The notes beneath the pieces are model-generated. The model saw nothing but the letters and a program-made list of their open reading frames with translations, did no database searches and was not told where the DNA came from. This document shows positions 51,181 to 64,000 of a DNA stretch of 64,000 nt, piece after piece. The stretch comes from Eledone cirrhosa (lineage: Eukaryota). The stretch is from positions 277,512,001 to 277,576,000 of the forward strand of contig OZ024742.1 in NCBI GenBank assembly GCA_964016885.1. The letters are read 5' to 3'. The stretch's first letter is position 1. Every line of letters begins with the position of its first letter. A program made the translations under genes and the position numbers.

Positions 51181-51252
51181 TGCCGTGACCAGGATTCGAA
51201 ACTGGGTTACCACGGCCACAACGTGGGGTCCTAACCACTAGACGATCACGGC
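51181..51252 (-). tRNA. tRNA-His(GTG) with B-box G53T (unit 4), possibly inactive
   Basis: CCAGTTTCGAAT instead of CCAGGTTCGAAT. Confidence 0.7.
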
Positions 51253-51854
51253 TAACAACTAATACGTAAAGAAGTCGCCCAAAATAACAATGATATATAG
51301 AAGTTGCTAACTAAATTTTTTTCTTACACGGAGAGTTGTCAATTTAACCAAAGATATAATCTTTCTACATTTTATGTTGTTTCAGTTCACCTTTAGAACA
51401 TTGTCAAATTCAAACAAGATTCAATCCTTGTTTCTAGAACTCTCTTTCTGCTGGCAACTGGAAGATTCAACGATAGGAATGAGGGATTACGACGTATATC
51501 TACGTTTCAATTACGAGAGGTTCATATATTTCAGTACTACTAAATGGGATATTATTAGCTAACCTTTGTCAAATTTGTAGCAATAATTATACATTTGTTT
51601 TTTTCTTTTTTATCTATATTTACAAACATAGAAGCAAAATTAAGTAATGAGAAATGGGGAAAGAGTAAAGAAGGGCAGATCTGGATTATGGGAAAGCAGA
51701 AGAAAGGACTATAAAAGGCATAAATGATAGGAAACAAGAACTCTAGGATCACAGTAGAAAAGGAGGGAAAAGTGGAGACGGTGACTTGTCCTGATCCGAG
51801 GCGACGGCGGGGTTGAATTACAAAACAATGTGTAAAAAATGCAACCGGATTAGC

Positions 51855-51926
51855 TGTCGTGACCAGGCTTCGAACCTGGGTTACCACGGCCGTAACATGT
51901 GGATCTAACCACTAGACGATCACGGC
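51855..51926 (-). pseudogene. tRNA-His derivative, ACG anticodon (unit 4)
   Basis: Same haplotype as unit 3. Confidence 0.75.
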
Positions 51927-53024
51927 AGTCAGCCAATACATACGAAAATCGTTCAAAATAATACTGATATATAGAAGTTGCTGGCTATTTTGTTTCTTAC
52001 TTAGAGAGTTGTCAAATTCAACAAAGATCTTTGTATATTTTACGTTGCTTTAGTTAACCTTTAGAACATTCAGTGACTGTCACATAGCTACCTTAGCAGC
52101 TCAACAAAAAGAATGAAGTAAATACAAGACATGAAAACAAGAAGTACTGTGGTCAACATGGTTGACTAAATCTTTTCAAGATGGTGTCCTGAATGGCCAC
52201 AGTTTAATGATTGAAACTAGTAGAAGAATAAAATAAAGAATCTCAATGGTTTATATCACTTCTAAAATTATTGTTCTTTATATATTAACAGGTTTATTAC
52301 ATAATAATATCAATATGACTTTTGTTGAGTTTCTTTAAAGGACGCGAGATATAAAAGAACACATCTAAGTGTAGAATCATTAAGCCTTTTGATACTAAAC
52401 CAGTTAAAACTGGTTCTGGTTCTATGAATCAAATGTACACATATTATAGGGTTTCTATTTAAATTGAAATCTTCCATTTCATGTTAAATTATTATCTTAG
52501 TAATAAAATAATAATTTTAGTAAATCCCTCAAAATTCTTCATTAATTAATTGAAATAGAGTGTACGTCATTAGAAATATGATCGCTAAAGTCCTAACCCC
52601 TTTAATACCAACCAGCCCTTGATCATCTCTGGTTCTATCAATCAAAATCACTAATTTTAAAGAATTCTTATTTAAATTAAAATTTTACAAAATAATATTC
52701 TATAAGAAACATAATAAATAACTTTAGTAAATCGTTTAAAATTCTTCATTAATTAGTTGAAATAAAATGTATTGGAAACACATCACAAACATGCTAACAG
52801 TTATGGAATTACTGTCCTTCTCGTTGAGTCTAACATCATCACCATCATCATCACCATTACCACCATTACCACCATCACCAGTAGCATTTTAAGGTTGCTT
52901 CTATGCTTAGTAGGTTTGGATGGATCGTCATGGTGTGATTCAATTCTTTTTCTTCTTCTTCTGCGTCCACTTATTTATGGGAATGTTGTGGGGGCAGAGT
53001 ACTCAAACTCAGTGTTGGGGATCA

Positions 53025-53092
53025 GTGACCAGGATTCGAACCTGGGTTACCATGGGCACAACGTGGAGTCCTAACCACTAGACGATCACGGC
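53025..53092 (-). pseudogene. 3'-clipped tRNA-His (unit 5)
   Basis: As unit 1. Confidence 0.85.
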
Positions 53093-53432
53093 AGTCAGCT
53101 AATACATATAACGACGGTTCAATATTATAGTGATATATCAAAGTCCTTATCTAATGAGTTTCTTATACTGAGAGTTGTCAAATTCCACAAAGATTCAATC
53201 ATTGTTTCTACAATAATGAAATACATGATTATTTTAATGATTTTGCATTCATTATTTTTCAATACTTTTAATATAAGATGTGATAAAACTTATTAAAAGG
53301 ATCAGCTCCAATTATTGTCATCGGTCAGTGATGATATTTGCTTACTAAATAATATAATCGTTAATATTCTGAATAATTCATATTTTTAGTTTCAAAATTT
53401 TGAAAAAAAAAAAGGAAGATAAGCGTATCAGC

Positions 53433-53504
53433 TGCCGTGACCAGGATTCGAACCTGGGTTACCACGGCCACAACGTGGGGTCCTAACCACTAGACGATCA
53501 CGGC
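53433..53504 (-). tRNA. tRNA-His(GTG), intact (unit 5)
   Basis: Canonical sequence. Confidence 0.97.
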
Positions 53505-54111
53505 TAACAGCTAATACATAAAAGAGTCGCCCAAAATAACAATGATATATAGAAGTTGCTAACTACATTTTTCTCTTACATAGAGAGTTGTCAAATTAAC
53601 CAAATATATAATCTTTCTACATTTTACGTTGTTTCAGTTCACCTTTAGAACATTGTCAAATTCAACAAAGATTCAATCCTTATTTCTAGAACTCTCTTTC
53701 TGCTGGCAACTGGAAGATTCAATGATAGGAATGAGGGATTACGACGTATATCTACTTTTCAATTACGAGAGGTTCATATATTTCAAAGTCTACTAAATGG
53801 GATATTATTAGCTAACCTTTGTCAAATTTGTAGCAATAATTATACATTTGTTTTTTTCTTTTTTATCTATATTTACAAACATAGAAGCAAAGTTAAGTAA
53901 TGAGAAATGGGGAAAGAGTAAAAAAGGGCAGATCTGGATTATGGGAAAGTAGACGAAAGGACTATAAAAGGCATAAATGAGAGGTAACAAGAACTCTAGG
54001 ATCACATTAGAAAAGGAGGGAAAAGTGGAGATGGTGATTTGTTCTGATCCGAGGCGACGGACGGCGGGGTTGAATTACAAAACAATGTGTAAAAAATGCA
54101 ACAGCATTAGC

Positions 54112-54183
54112 TGCCGTGTCCAGGATTCGAACATGGGTTACCACGGCCGTAACATGTGGTTCTAACCACTAGACGATCACGGC
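54112..54183 (-). pseudogene. tRNA-His derivative, ACG anticodon (unit 5)
   Basis: ACG anticodon; T-stem and acceptor mismatches. Confidence 0.75.
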
Positions 54184-55273
54184 AGTTAGCCAATACATAC
54201 GAAAGACGTTCAAAATAATACTGATATATAGAAGTTGCTGGCTATTTTGTTTCTAACTTAGAGAGTTGTCAAATTCAACAAAGATCTTTGTATATTTTAC
54301 GTTGCTTTAGTTAAACTTTAGAACGTTCAGTGACTGACAACATAGCTACCTTAGCAGCTCAACAGAAAGAATGAAGTAAATACAAGACATGAAAACAAGA
54401 AGTACTGTGGTCAACATGGTTGACTAAATCTTTTCAAGATGGTACCCTGAATGGCCACAGTTTAATGATTGAAACTAGTAGAAGAATAAAATAAAGAATC
54501 TCAATGGTTTATATCACTTCTAAAATTATTGTTCTTTATATATTAACAGGTTTGTTACATAATAATATCAATATGACTTTTGTTGAGTTTCTTTAAAGGA
54601 CGCGAGATATAAAAGAACACATCTAAGTGTAGAATCATTAAGCCTTTTGATACTAAACCAGTTAAAACTGGTTCTGGTTCTATGAAACAAATGTACACAT
54701 ATTATAGGGTTCCTATTTAAATTGAAATCTTCCATTTCATGTTAAGTTATTATCTTAGTAATAAAATAATAATTTTAGTAAATCCCTCAAAATTCTTCAT
54801 TAATTAATTGAAATAGAGTGTACGTCATTAGAAATATGATCGCTAAAGTCCTAACCCCTTTAATACCAACCAGCCCTTGATCATCTCTGGTTCTATCAAT
54901 CAAAATCACTAATTTTAAAGAATTCTTATTTAAATTAAAATTTTAGAAAATAATATTCGATAAGAAACATAATAAATAACTTTAGTAAATCGTTTAAAAT
55001 TCTTCATTAATTAGTTGAAATAAAATGTATTGGAAACACATCACAAACATGCTAACAGTTATGGAATTACTGTCCTTCTCGTTGAGTCTAACATCATCAC
55101 CATCATCATCACCATTACCACCATCACCAGTAGCATTTTAAGGTTGCTTCTATGCTTACTAGGTTTGGATGGATCGTCATGGTGTGATTCAATTCTTTTT
55201 CTTCAACTTCTGCGTCCACTTATTTATGGGAATGTTGTGGGGGCAGAGTACTCAAACTCAGTGTTGGGGATCA

Positions 55274-55341
55274 GTGACCAGGATTCGAACCTGGGTTACC
55301 ATGGGCACAACGTGGAGTCCTAACCACTAGACGATCACGGC
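55274..55341 (-). pseudogene. 3'-clipped tRNA-His (unit 6)
   Basis: As unit 1. Confidence 0.85.
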
Positions 55342-55681
55342 AGTCAGCTAATACATATAACGACGGTTCAATATTATAGTGATATATCAAAGTCCTTATC
55401 TAATGAGTTTCTTATACTGAGAGTTGTCAAATTCCACAAAGATTCAATCATTGTTTCTACAATAATGAAATACATGATTATTTTAATGATTTTGCATTCA
55501 TTATTTTTCAATACTTTTAATATAAGATGTGATAAAACTTATTAAAAGGATCAGCTCCAATTATTGTCATCGGTCAGTGATGATATTTGCTTACTAAATA
55601 ATATAATCGATAATATTCTGAATAATTCATATTTTTAGTTTCAAAATTTTGAAAAAAAAAAAGGAAGATAAGCGTATCAGC

Positions 55682-55753
55682 TGCCGTGACCAGGATTCGA
55701 ACCTGGGTTACCACGGCCACAACGTGGGGTCCTAACCACTAGACGATCACGGC
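55682..55753 (-). tRNA. tRNA-His(GTG), intact (unit 6)
   Basis: Canonical sequence. Confidence 0.97.
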
Positions 55754-56360
55754 TAACAGCTAATACATAAAAGAGTCGCCCAAAATAACAATGATATATA
55801 GAAGTTGCTAACTACATTTTTCTCTTACATAGAGAGTTGTCAAATTAACCAAATATATAATCTTTCTACATTTTACGTTGTTTCAGTTCACCTTTAGAAC
55901 ATTGTCAAATTCAACAAAGATTCAATCCTTATTTCTAGAACTCTCTTTCTGCTGGCAACTGGAAGATTCAATGATAGGAATGAGGGATTACGACGTATAT
56001 CTACTTTTCAATTACGAGAGGTTCATATATTTCAAAGTCTACTAAATGGGATATTATTAGCTAACCTTTGTCAAATTTGTAGCAATAATTATACATTTGT
56101 TTTTTTCTTTTTTATCTATATTTACAAACATAGAAGCAAAGTTAAGTAATGAGAAATGGGGAAAGAGTAAAAAAGGGCAGATCTGGATTATGGGAAAGTA
56201 GACGAAAGGACTATAAAAGGCATAAATGAGAGGTAACAAGAACTCTAGGATCACATTAGAAAAGGAGGGAAAAGTGGAGATGGTGATTTGTTCTGATCCG
56301 AGGCGACGGACGGCGGGGTTGAATTACAAAACAATGTGTAAAAAATACAACAGCATTAGC

Positions 56361-56432
56361 TGCCGTGTCCAGGATTCGAACATGGGTTACCACGGCCGTA
56401 ACATGTGGTTCTAACCACTAGACGATCACGGC
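56361..56432 (-). pseudogene. tRNA-His derivative, ACG anticodon (unit 6)
   Basis: Same haplotype as unit 5. Confidence 0.75.
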
Positions 56433-57522
56433 AGTTAGCCAATACATACGAAAGACGTTCAAAATAATACTGATATATAGAAGTTGCTGGCTATTTTGTT
56501 TCTAACTTAGAGAGTTGTCAAATTCAACAAAGATCTTTGTATATTTTACGTTGCTTTAGTTAAACTTTAGAACGTTCAGTGACTGACAACATAGCTACCT
56601 TAGCAGCTCAACAGAAAGAATGAAGTAAATACAAGACATGAAAACAAGAAGTACTGTGGTCAACATGGTTGACTAAATCTTTTCAAGATGGTACCCTGAA
56701 TGGCCACAGTTTAATGATTGAAACTAGTAGAAGAATAAAATAAAGAATCTCAATGGTTTATATCACTTCTAAAATTATTGTTCTTTATATATTAACAGGT
56801 TTGTTACATAATAATATCAATATGACTTTTGTTGAGTTTCTTTAAAGGACGCGAGATATAAAAGAACACATTTAAGTGTAGAATCATTAAGCCTTTTGAT
56901 ACTAAACCAGTTAAAACTGGTTCTGGTTCTATGAAACAAATGTACACATATTATAGGGTTCCTATTTAAATTGAAATCTTCCATTTCATGTTAAGTTATT
57001 ATCTTAGTAATAAAATAATAATTTTAGTAAATCCCTCAAAATTCTTCATTAATTAATTGAAATAGAGTGTACGTCATTAGAAATATGATCGCTAAAGTCC
57101 TAACCCCTTTAATACCAACCAGCCCTTGATCATCTCTGGTTCTATCAATCAAAATCACTAATTTTAAAGAATTCTTATTTAAATTAAAATTTTAGAAAAT
57201 AATATTCGATAAGAAACATAATAAATAACTTTAGTAAATCGTTTAAAATTCTTCATTAATTAGTTGAAATAAAATGTATTGGAAACACATCACAAACATG
57301 CTAACAGTTATGGAATTACTGTCCTTCTCGTTGAGTCTAACATCATCACCATCATCATCACCATTACCACCATCACCAGTAGCATTTTAAGGTTGCTTCT
57401 ATGCTTACTAGGTTTGGATGGATCGTCATGGTGTGATTCAATTCTTTTTCTTCAACTTCTGCGTCCACTTATTTATGGGAATGTTGTGGGGGCAGAGTAC
57501 TCAAACTCAGTGTTGGGGATCA

Positions 57523-57590
57523 GTGACCAGGATTCGAACCTGGGTTACCATGGGCACAACGTGGAGTCCTAACCACTAGACGATCACGGC
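57523..57590 (-). pseudogene. 3'-clipped tRNA-His (unit 7)
   Basis: As unit 1. Confidence 0.85.
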
Positions 57591-57928
57591 AGTCAGCTAA
57601 TACATATAACGACGGTTCAATATTATAGTGATATATCAAAGTCCTTATCTAATGAGTTTCTTATACTGAGAGTTGTCAAATTCCACAAAGATTCAATCAT
57701 TGTTTCTACAATAATGAAATACATGATTATTTTAATGATTATGGATTCATTTTTTTTCAATACTTTTAATATAAGATGTGATAAAACTTATTAAAAGGAT
57801 CAGCTCCAATTATTGTCATCGGTCAGTGATGATATTTGCTTACTAAATAATATAATCGTTAATATTCTGAATAATTCATATTTTTAGTTTCAAAATTTTG
57901 AAAAAAAAAGGAAGATAAGCGTATCAGC

Positions 57929-58000
57929 TGCCGTGACCAGGATTCGAACCTGGGTTACCACGGCCACAACGTGGGGTCCTAACCACTAGACGATCACGGC
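57929..58000 (-). tRNA. tRNA-His(GTG), intact (unit 7)
   Basis: Canonical sequence. Confidence 0.97.
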
Positions 58001-58603
58001 TAACAGCTAATACGTAAAGAAGTCGCCCAAAATAGCAATGATATATAGAAGTTGCTAACTAATTTTTTTTCTTACACGGAGAGTTTTCAAATTAACCAGA
58101 GATATAATCTTTCTACATTTTATGTTGTTTCAGTTCACCTTTCGAACATTGTCAAATTCAACAAAGATTCAATCCTTATTTCTAGAACTCTCTTTCTGCT
58201 GGCAACTGGAAGATTCAATGATAGGAATGAGGGATTACGACGTATATCTACTTTTCAATTACGAGAGGTTCAAATATTTCAAAGTCTACTAAATGGGATA
58301 TTATTAGCTAACCTTTGTCAAATTTGTAGCAATAATTATACATTTGTTTTTTTCTTTTTTATCTATATTTACAAACATATAAGCAAAATTAAGTAATGAG
58401 AAATGGGGAAAGAGTAAAGAAGGGCAGATCTGGATTATGGGAAAGCAGAAGAAAGGACTATAAAAGGCATAAATGATAGGAAACAAGAACTCTAGGATCA
58501 CAGTAGAAAAGGAGGGAAAAGTGGAGACGGTGACTTGTCCTGATCCGAGGCGACGGCGGGGTTGAATTACAAAACAATGTGTAAAAAATGCAACCGGATT
58601 AGC

Positions 58604-58675
58604 TGTCGTGACCAGGCTTCGAACCTGGGTTACCACGGCCGTAACATGTGGATCTAACCACTAGACGATCACGGC
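58604..58675 (-). pseudogene. tRNA-His derivative, ACG anticodon (unit 7)
   Basis: Same haplotype as unit 3. Confidence 0.75.
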
Positions 58676-59765
58676 AGTCAGCCAATACATACGAAAATCG
58701 TTCAAAATAATACTGATATATAGAAGTTGCTGGCTATTTTGTTTCTTACTTAGAGAGTTGTCAAATTCAACAAAGATCTTTGTATATTTTACGTTGCTTT
58801 AGTTAACCTTTAGAACATTCAGTGACTGACAACATAGCTACCTTAGCAGCTCAACAAAAAGAATGAAGTAAATACAAGACATGAAAACAAGAAGTACTGT
58901 GGTCAACATGGTTGACTAAATCTTTTCAATGTGGTGCCCTGAATGGCCACAGTTTAATGATTGAAACTAGTAGAAGAATAAAATAAAGAATCTCAATGGT
59001 TTATATCACTTCTAAAATTATTGTTCTTTATATATTAACAGGTTTGTTACATAATAATATCAATATGACTTTTGTTGAGTTTCTTTAAAGGACGCGAGAT
59101 ATAAAAGAACACATCTAAGTGTAGAATCATTAAGCCTTTTGATACTAAACCAGTTAAAACTGGTTCTGGTTCTATGAAACAAATGTACACATATTATAGG
59201 GTTCCTATTTAAATTGAAATCTTCCATTTCATGTTAAGTTATTATCTTTGTAATAAAATAATAATTTTAGTAAATCCCTCAAAATTCTTCATTAATTAAT
59301 TGAAATAGAGTGTACGTCATTAGAAATATGATCGCTAAAGTCCTAACCCCTTTAATACCAACCAGCCCTTGATCATCTCTGGTTCTATCAATCAAAATCA
59401 CTAATTTTAAAGAATTCTTATTTAAATTAAAATTTTACAAAATAATATTCTATAAGAAACATAATAAATAATTTTAGTAAATCGTTTAAAATTCTTCATT
59501 AATTAGTTGAAATAAAATGTATTGGAAACACATCACAAACATGCTAACAGTTATGGAATTACTGTCCTTCTCGTTGAGTCTAACATCATCACCATCATCA
59601 TCACCATTACCACCATCACCAGTAGCATTTTAAGGTTGCTTCTATGCTTAGTAGGTTTGGATGGATCGTCATGGTGTGATTCAATGCTTCTACTTCTTCT
59701 TCTGCGTCCACTTATTTATGGGAATGTTGTGGGGGCAGAGTACTCAAACTCAGTGTTGGGGATCA

Positions 59766-59833
59766 GTGACCAGGATTCGAACCTGGGTTACCATGGGCAC
59801 AACGTGGAGTCCTAACCACTAGACGATCACGGC
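59766..59833 (-). pseudogene. 3'-clipped tRNA-His (unit 8)
   Basis: As unit 1. Confidence 0.85.
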
Positions 59834-60171
59834 AGTCAGCTAATACATATAACGACGGTTCAATATTATAGTGATATATCAAAGTCCTTATCTAATGAGT
59901 TTCTTATACTGAGAGTTGTCAAATTCCACAAAGATTCAATCATTGTTTCTACAATAATGAAATACATGATTATTTTAATGATTTTGCATTCATTTTTTTT
60001 CAATACTTTTAATATAAGATGTGATAAAACTTATTAAAAGGATCAGCTCCCATTATTGTCATCGGTCAGTGATGATATTTGCTTACTAAATAATATAATC
60101 GTTAATATTCTGAATAATTCATATTTTTAGTTTCAAAATTTTGAAAAACAAAGGAAGATAAGCGTATCAGT

Positions 60172-60243
60172 TGCTGTGACCAGGATTCGAACCTGGGTTA
60201 CCACGGCCACAACGTGGGGTCCTAACCACTAGACGATCACGGT
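60172..60243 (-). pseudogene. tRNA-His(GTG) with two acceptor-stem mismatches (unit 8)
   Basis: G1A and G70A. Confidence 0.7.
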
Positions 60244-60836
60244 GAACAGCTAATACATAAAAGAGTCGCCCAAAATAACAATGATATATAGAAGTTGCTA
60301 ACTACATTTTTCTCTTACATAGAGAGTTGTCAAATTAACCAAATATATAATCTTTCTACATTTTACGTTGTTTCAGTTCACCTTTAGAACATTGTCAAAT
60401 TCAACAAAGATTCAATCCTTATTTCTAGAACTCTCTTTCTGCTGGCAACTGGAAGATTCAATGATAGGAATGAGGGATATCTACTTTTCAATTACGAGAG
60501 GTTCATATATTTCAAAGTCTACTAAATGGGATATTATTAGCTAACCTTTGTCAAATTTGTAGCAATAATTATACATTTGTTTTTTTCTTTTTTATCTATA
60601 TTTACAAACATATAAGCAAAATTAAGTAATGAGAAATGGGGAAAGAGTAAAGAAGGGCAGATCTGGATTATGGGAAAGCAGAAGAAAGGACTATAAAAGG
60701 CATAAATGATAGGAAACAAGAACTCTAGGATCACAGTAGAAAAGGAGGGAAAAGTGGAGACGGTGACTTGTCCTGATCCGAGGCGACGGCGGGGTTGAAT
60801 TACAAAACAATGTGTAAAAAATGCAACCGGATTAGC

Positions 60837-60908
60837 TGTCGTGACCAGGCTTCGAACCTGGGTTACCACGGCCGTAACATGTGGATCTAACCACTAGACG
60901 ATCACGGC
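60837..60908 (-). pseudogene. tRNA-His derivative, ACG anticodon (unit 8)
   Basis: Same haplotype as unit 3. Confidence 0.75.
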
Positions 60909-62006
60909 AGTCAGCCAATACATACGAAAATCGTTCAAAATAATACTGATATATAGAAGTTGCTGGCTATTTTGTTTCTTACTTAGAGAGTTGTCAAATT
61001 CAACAAAGATCTTTGTATATTTTACGTTGCTTTAGTTAAACTTTAGAACATTCAGTGACTGTCACATAGCTACCTTAGCAGCTCAACAAAAAGAATGAAG
61101 TAAATACAAGACATGAAAACAAGAAGTACTGTGGTCAACATGGTTGACTAAATCTTTTCAAGATGGTGCCCTGAATGGCCACAGTTTAATGATTGAAACT
61201 AGTAGAAGAATAAAATAAAGAATCTCAATGGTTTATATCACTTCTAAAATTATTGTTCTTTATATATTAACAGGTTTATTACATAATAATATCAATATGA
61301 CTTTTGTTGAGTTTCTTTAAAGGACGCGAGATATAAAAGAACACATCTAAGTGTAGAATCATTAAGCCTTTTGATACTAAACCAGTTAAAACTGGTTCTG
61401 GTTCTATGAATCAAATGTACACATATTATAGGGTTTCTATTTAAATTGAAATCTTCCATTTCATGTTAAATTATTATCTTAGTAATAAAATAATAATTTT
61501 AGTAAATCCCTCAAAATTCTTCATTAATTAATTGAAATAGAGTGTACGTCATTAGAAATATGATCGCTAAAGTCCTAACCCCTTTAATACCAACCAGCCC
61601 TTGATCATCTCTGGTTCTATCAATCAAAATCACTAATTTTAAAGAATTCTTATTTAAATTAAAATTTTACAAAATAATATTCTATAAGAAACATAATAAA
61701 TAATTTTAGTAAATCGTTTAAAATTCTTCATTAATTAGTTGAAATAAAATGTATTGGAAACACATCACAAACATGCTAACAGTTATGGAATTACTGTCCT
61801 TCTCGTTGAGTCTAACATCATCACCATCATCATCACCATTACCACCATTACCACCATCACCAGTAGCATTTTAAGGTTGATTCTATGCTTAGTAGGTTTG
61901 GATGGATCGTCATGGTGTGATTCAATTCTTTATCTTCTTCTTCTGCGTCCACTTATTTATGGGAATGTTGTGGGGGCAGAGTACTCAAACTCAGTGTTGG
62001 GGATCA

Positions 62007-62074
62007 GTGACCAGGATTCGAACCTGGGTTACCATGGGCACAACGTGGAGTCCTAACCACTAGACGATCACGGC
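62007..62074 (-). pseudogene. 3'-clipped tRNA-His (unit 9)
   Basis: As unit 1. Confidence 0.85.
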
Positions 62075-62412
62075 AGTCAGCTAATACATATAACGACGGT
62101 TCAATATTATAGTGATATATCAAAGTCCTTATCTAATGAGTTTCTTATACTGAGAGTTGTCAAATTCCACAAAGATTCAATCATTGTTTCTACAATAATG
62201 AAATACATGATTATTTTAATGATTTTGCATTCATTTTTTTTCAATACTTTTAATATAAGATGTGATAAAACTTATTAAAAGGATCAGCTCCAATTATTGT
62301 CATCGGTCAGTGATGATATTTGCTTACTAAATAATATAATCGTTAATATTCTGAATAATTCATATCTTTAGTTTCAAAATTTTGAAAAAAAAAGGAAGAT
62401 AAGCGTATCAGC

Positions 62413-62484
62413 TGCCGTGACCAGGATTCGAACCTGGGTTACCACGGCCACAACGTGGGGTCCTAACCACTAGACGATCACGGC
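62413..62484 (-). tRNA. tRNA-His(GTG), intact (unit 9)
   Basis: Canonical sequence. Confidence 0.97.
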
Positions 62485-63091
62485 TAACAGCTAATACATA
62501 AACGAGTCGCCCAAAATAACAATGATATATAGAAGTTGCTAACTACATTTTTCTCTTACATAGAGAGTTGTCAAATTAACCAAATATATAATCTTTCTAC
62601 ATTTTACGTTGTTTCAGTTCACCTTTAGAACATTGTGAAATTCAACAAAGATTCAATCCTTATTTCTAGAACTCTCTTTCTGCTGGCAACTGGAAGATTC
62701 AATGATAGGAATGAGGGATTACGACGTATATCTACTTTTCAATTACGAGAGGTTCATATATTTCAAAGTCTACTAAATGGGATATTATTAGCTAACCTTT
62801 GTCAAATTTGTAGCAATAATTATACATTTGTTTTTTTCTTTTTTATCTATATTTACAAACATAGAAGCAAAATTAAGTAATGAGAAATGGGGAAAGAGTA
62901 AAAAAGGGCAGATCTGGATTATGGGAAAGTAGACGAAAGGACTATAAAAGGCATAAATGAGAGGTAACAAGAACTCTAGGATAACATTAGAAAAGGAGGG
63001 AAAAGTGGAGATGGTGATTTGTTCTGATCCGAGGCGACGGACGGCGGGGTTGAATTACAAAACAATGTGTAAAAAATGCAACCGCATTAGC

Positions 63092-63163
63092 TGCCGTGAC
63101 CAGGATTCGAACATGGGTTACCACGGCCGTAACATGTGGTTCTAACCACTAGACGATCACGGC
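63092..63163 (-). pseudogene. tRNA-His derivative, ACG anticodon (unit 9)
   Basis: ACG anticodon; one T-stem mismatch; acceptor intact. Confidence 0.75.
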
Positions 63164-64000
63164 AGTTAGCCAATACATACGAAAGACGTTCAAAATAATA
63201 CTGATATATAGAAGTTGCTGGCTATTTTGTTTCTTACTTAGAGAGTTGTCAAATTCAACAAAGATCTTTGTATATTTTACGTTGCTTTAGTTAAACCTTA
63301 GAACATTCAGTGACTGACAACATAGCTACCTTAGCAGCTCAACAGAAAGAATGAAGTAAATACAAGACATGAAAACAATAAGTACTGTGGTCAACATGGT
63401 TGACTAAATCTTTTCAAGATGGTACCCTGAATGGCCACAGTTTAATGATTGAAACTAGTAGAAGAATAAAATAAAGAATCTCAATGGTTTATATCACTTC
63501 TAAAATTATTGTTCTTTATATATTAACAGGTTTGTTACATAATAATATCAATATGACTTTTGTTGAGTTTCTTTAAAGGACGCGAGATATAAAAGAACAC
63601 ATCTAAGTGTAGAATCATTAAGCCTTTTGATACTAAACCAGTTAAAACTGGTTCTGGTTCTATGAAACAAATGTACACATATTATAGGGTTCCTATTTAA
63701 ATTGAAATCTTCCATTTCATGTTAAGTTATTATCTTAGTAATAAAATAATAATTTTAGTAAATCCCTCAAAATTCTTCATTAATTAATTGAAATAGAGTG
63801 TACGTCATTAGAAATATGATCGCTAAAGTCCTAACCCCTTTAATACCAACCAGCCCTTGATCATCTCTGGTTCTATCAATCAAAATCACTAATTTTAAAG
63901 AATTCTTATTTAAATTAAAATTTTAGAAAATAATATTCGATAAGAAACATAATAAATAACTTTAGTAAATCGTTTAAAATTCTTCATTAATTAGTTGAAA

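Larger units (their letters stand above)
42975..64000 (-). repeat. Tandem tDNA macrosatellite, ~2.24-kb unit, ~9.4 copies, truncated by the window end
   Basis: Equivalent positions recur at 43802, 46045, 48288, 50530, 52772, 55030, 57279, 59522 and 61754. Confidence 0.98.

Noticed and set aside
38979-64000. CRISPR-like repeat/spacer appearance
   Set aside because: Spacers are near-identical rather than unique, the units are far too long, there are no cas genes, and the context is eukaryotic

Overview
AT-rich, repeat-dense eukaryotic DNA, most likely from an octopus or other coleoid cephalopod. This is inferred from decayed C2H2 zinc-finger genes, (CAT)n-tailed RTE LINEs, tRNA-derived SINEs and TTAGGG repeats. 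The left half (1-29.5 kb) holds one intact Merlin/IS1595-type DDE transposase ORF, two C2H2-ZNF pseudogenes and many decayed transposons: RTE, L1/Tx1, R4/Dong, a GIY-YIG Penelope-like element, Helitrons, hAT and piggyBac MITEs, and SINEs. Several fold-back palindromes in (TA)n tracts carry hammerhead-ribozyme motifs. The right half (29.6-64 kb) is a large tRNA-His(GTG) locus of about 41 genes and pseudogenes. It starts as a scrambled, partly inverted patchwork that contains a mariner element interleaved with telomeric arrays in a 564-bp period. It continues as a ~2.24-kb tandem array of more than 9 units that runs off the window. Each unit carries three tRNA-His derivatives: a canonical copy (7 of 9 perfect), a copy whose anticodon is ACG (Arg) in every unit, and a 3'-clipped copy fused without a terminator to an RTE-like 3' tail (proto-SINE architecture). 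All calls were made by eye with no database searches; transposon boundaries are approximate unless TIRs or TSDs are quoted.
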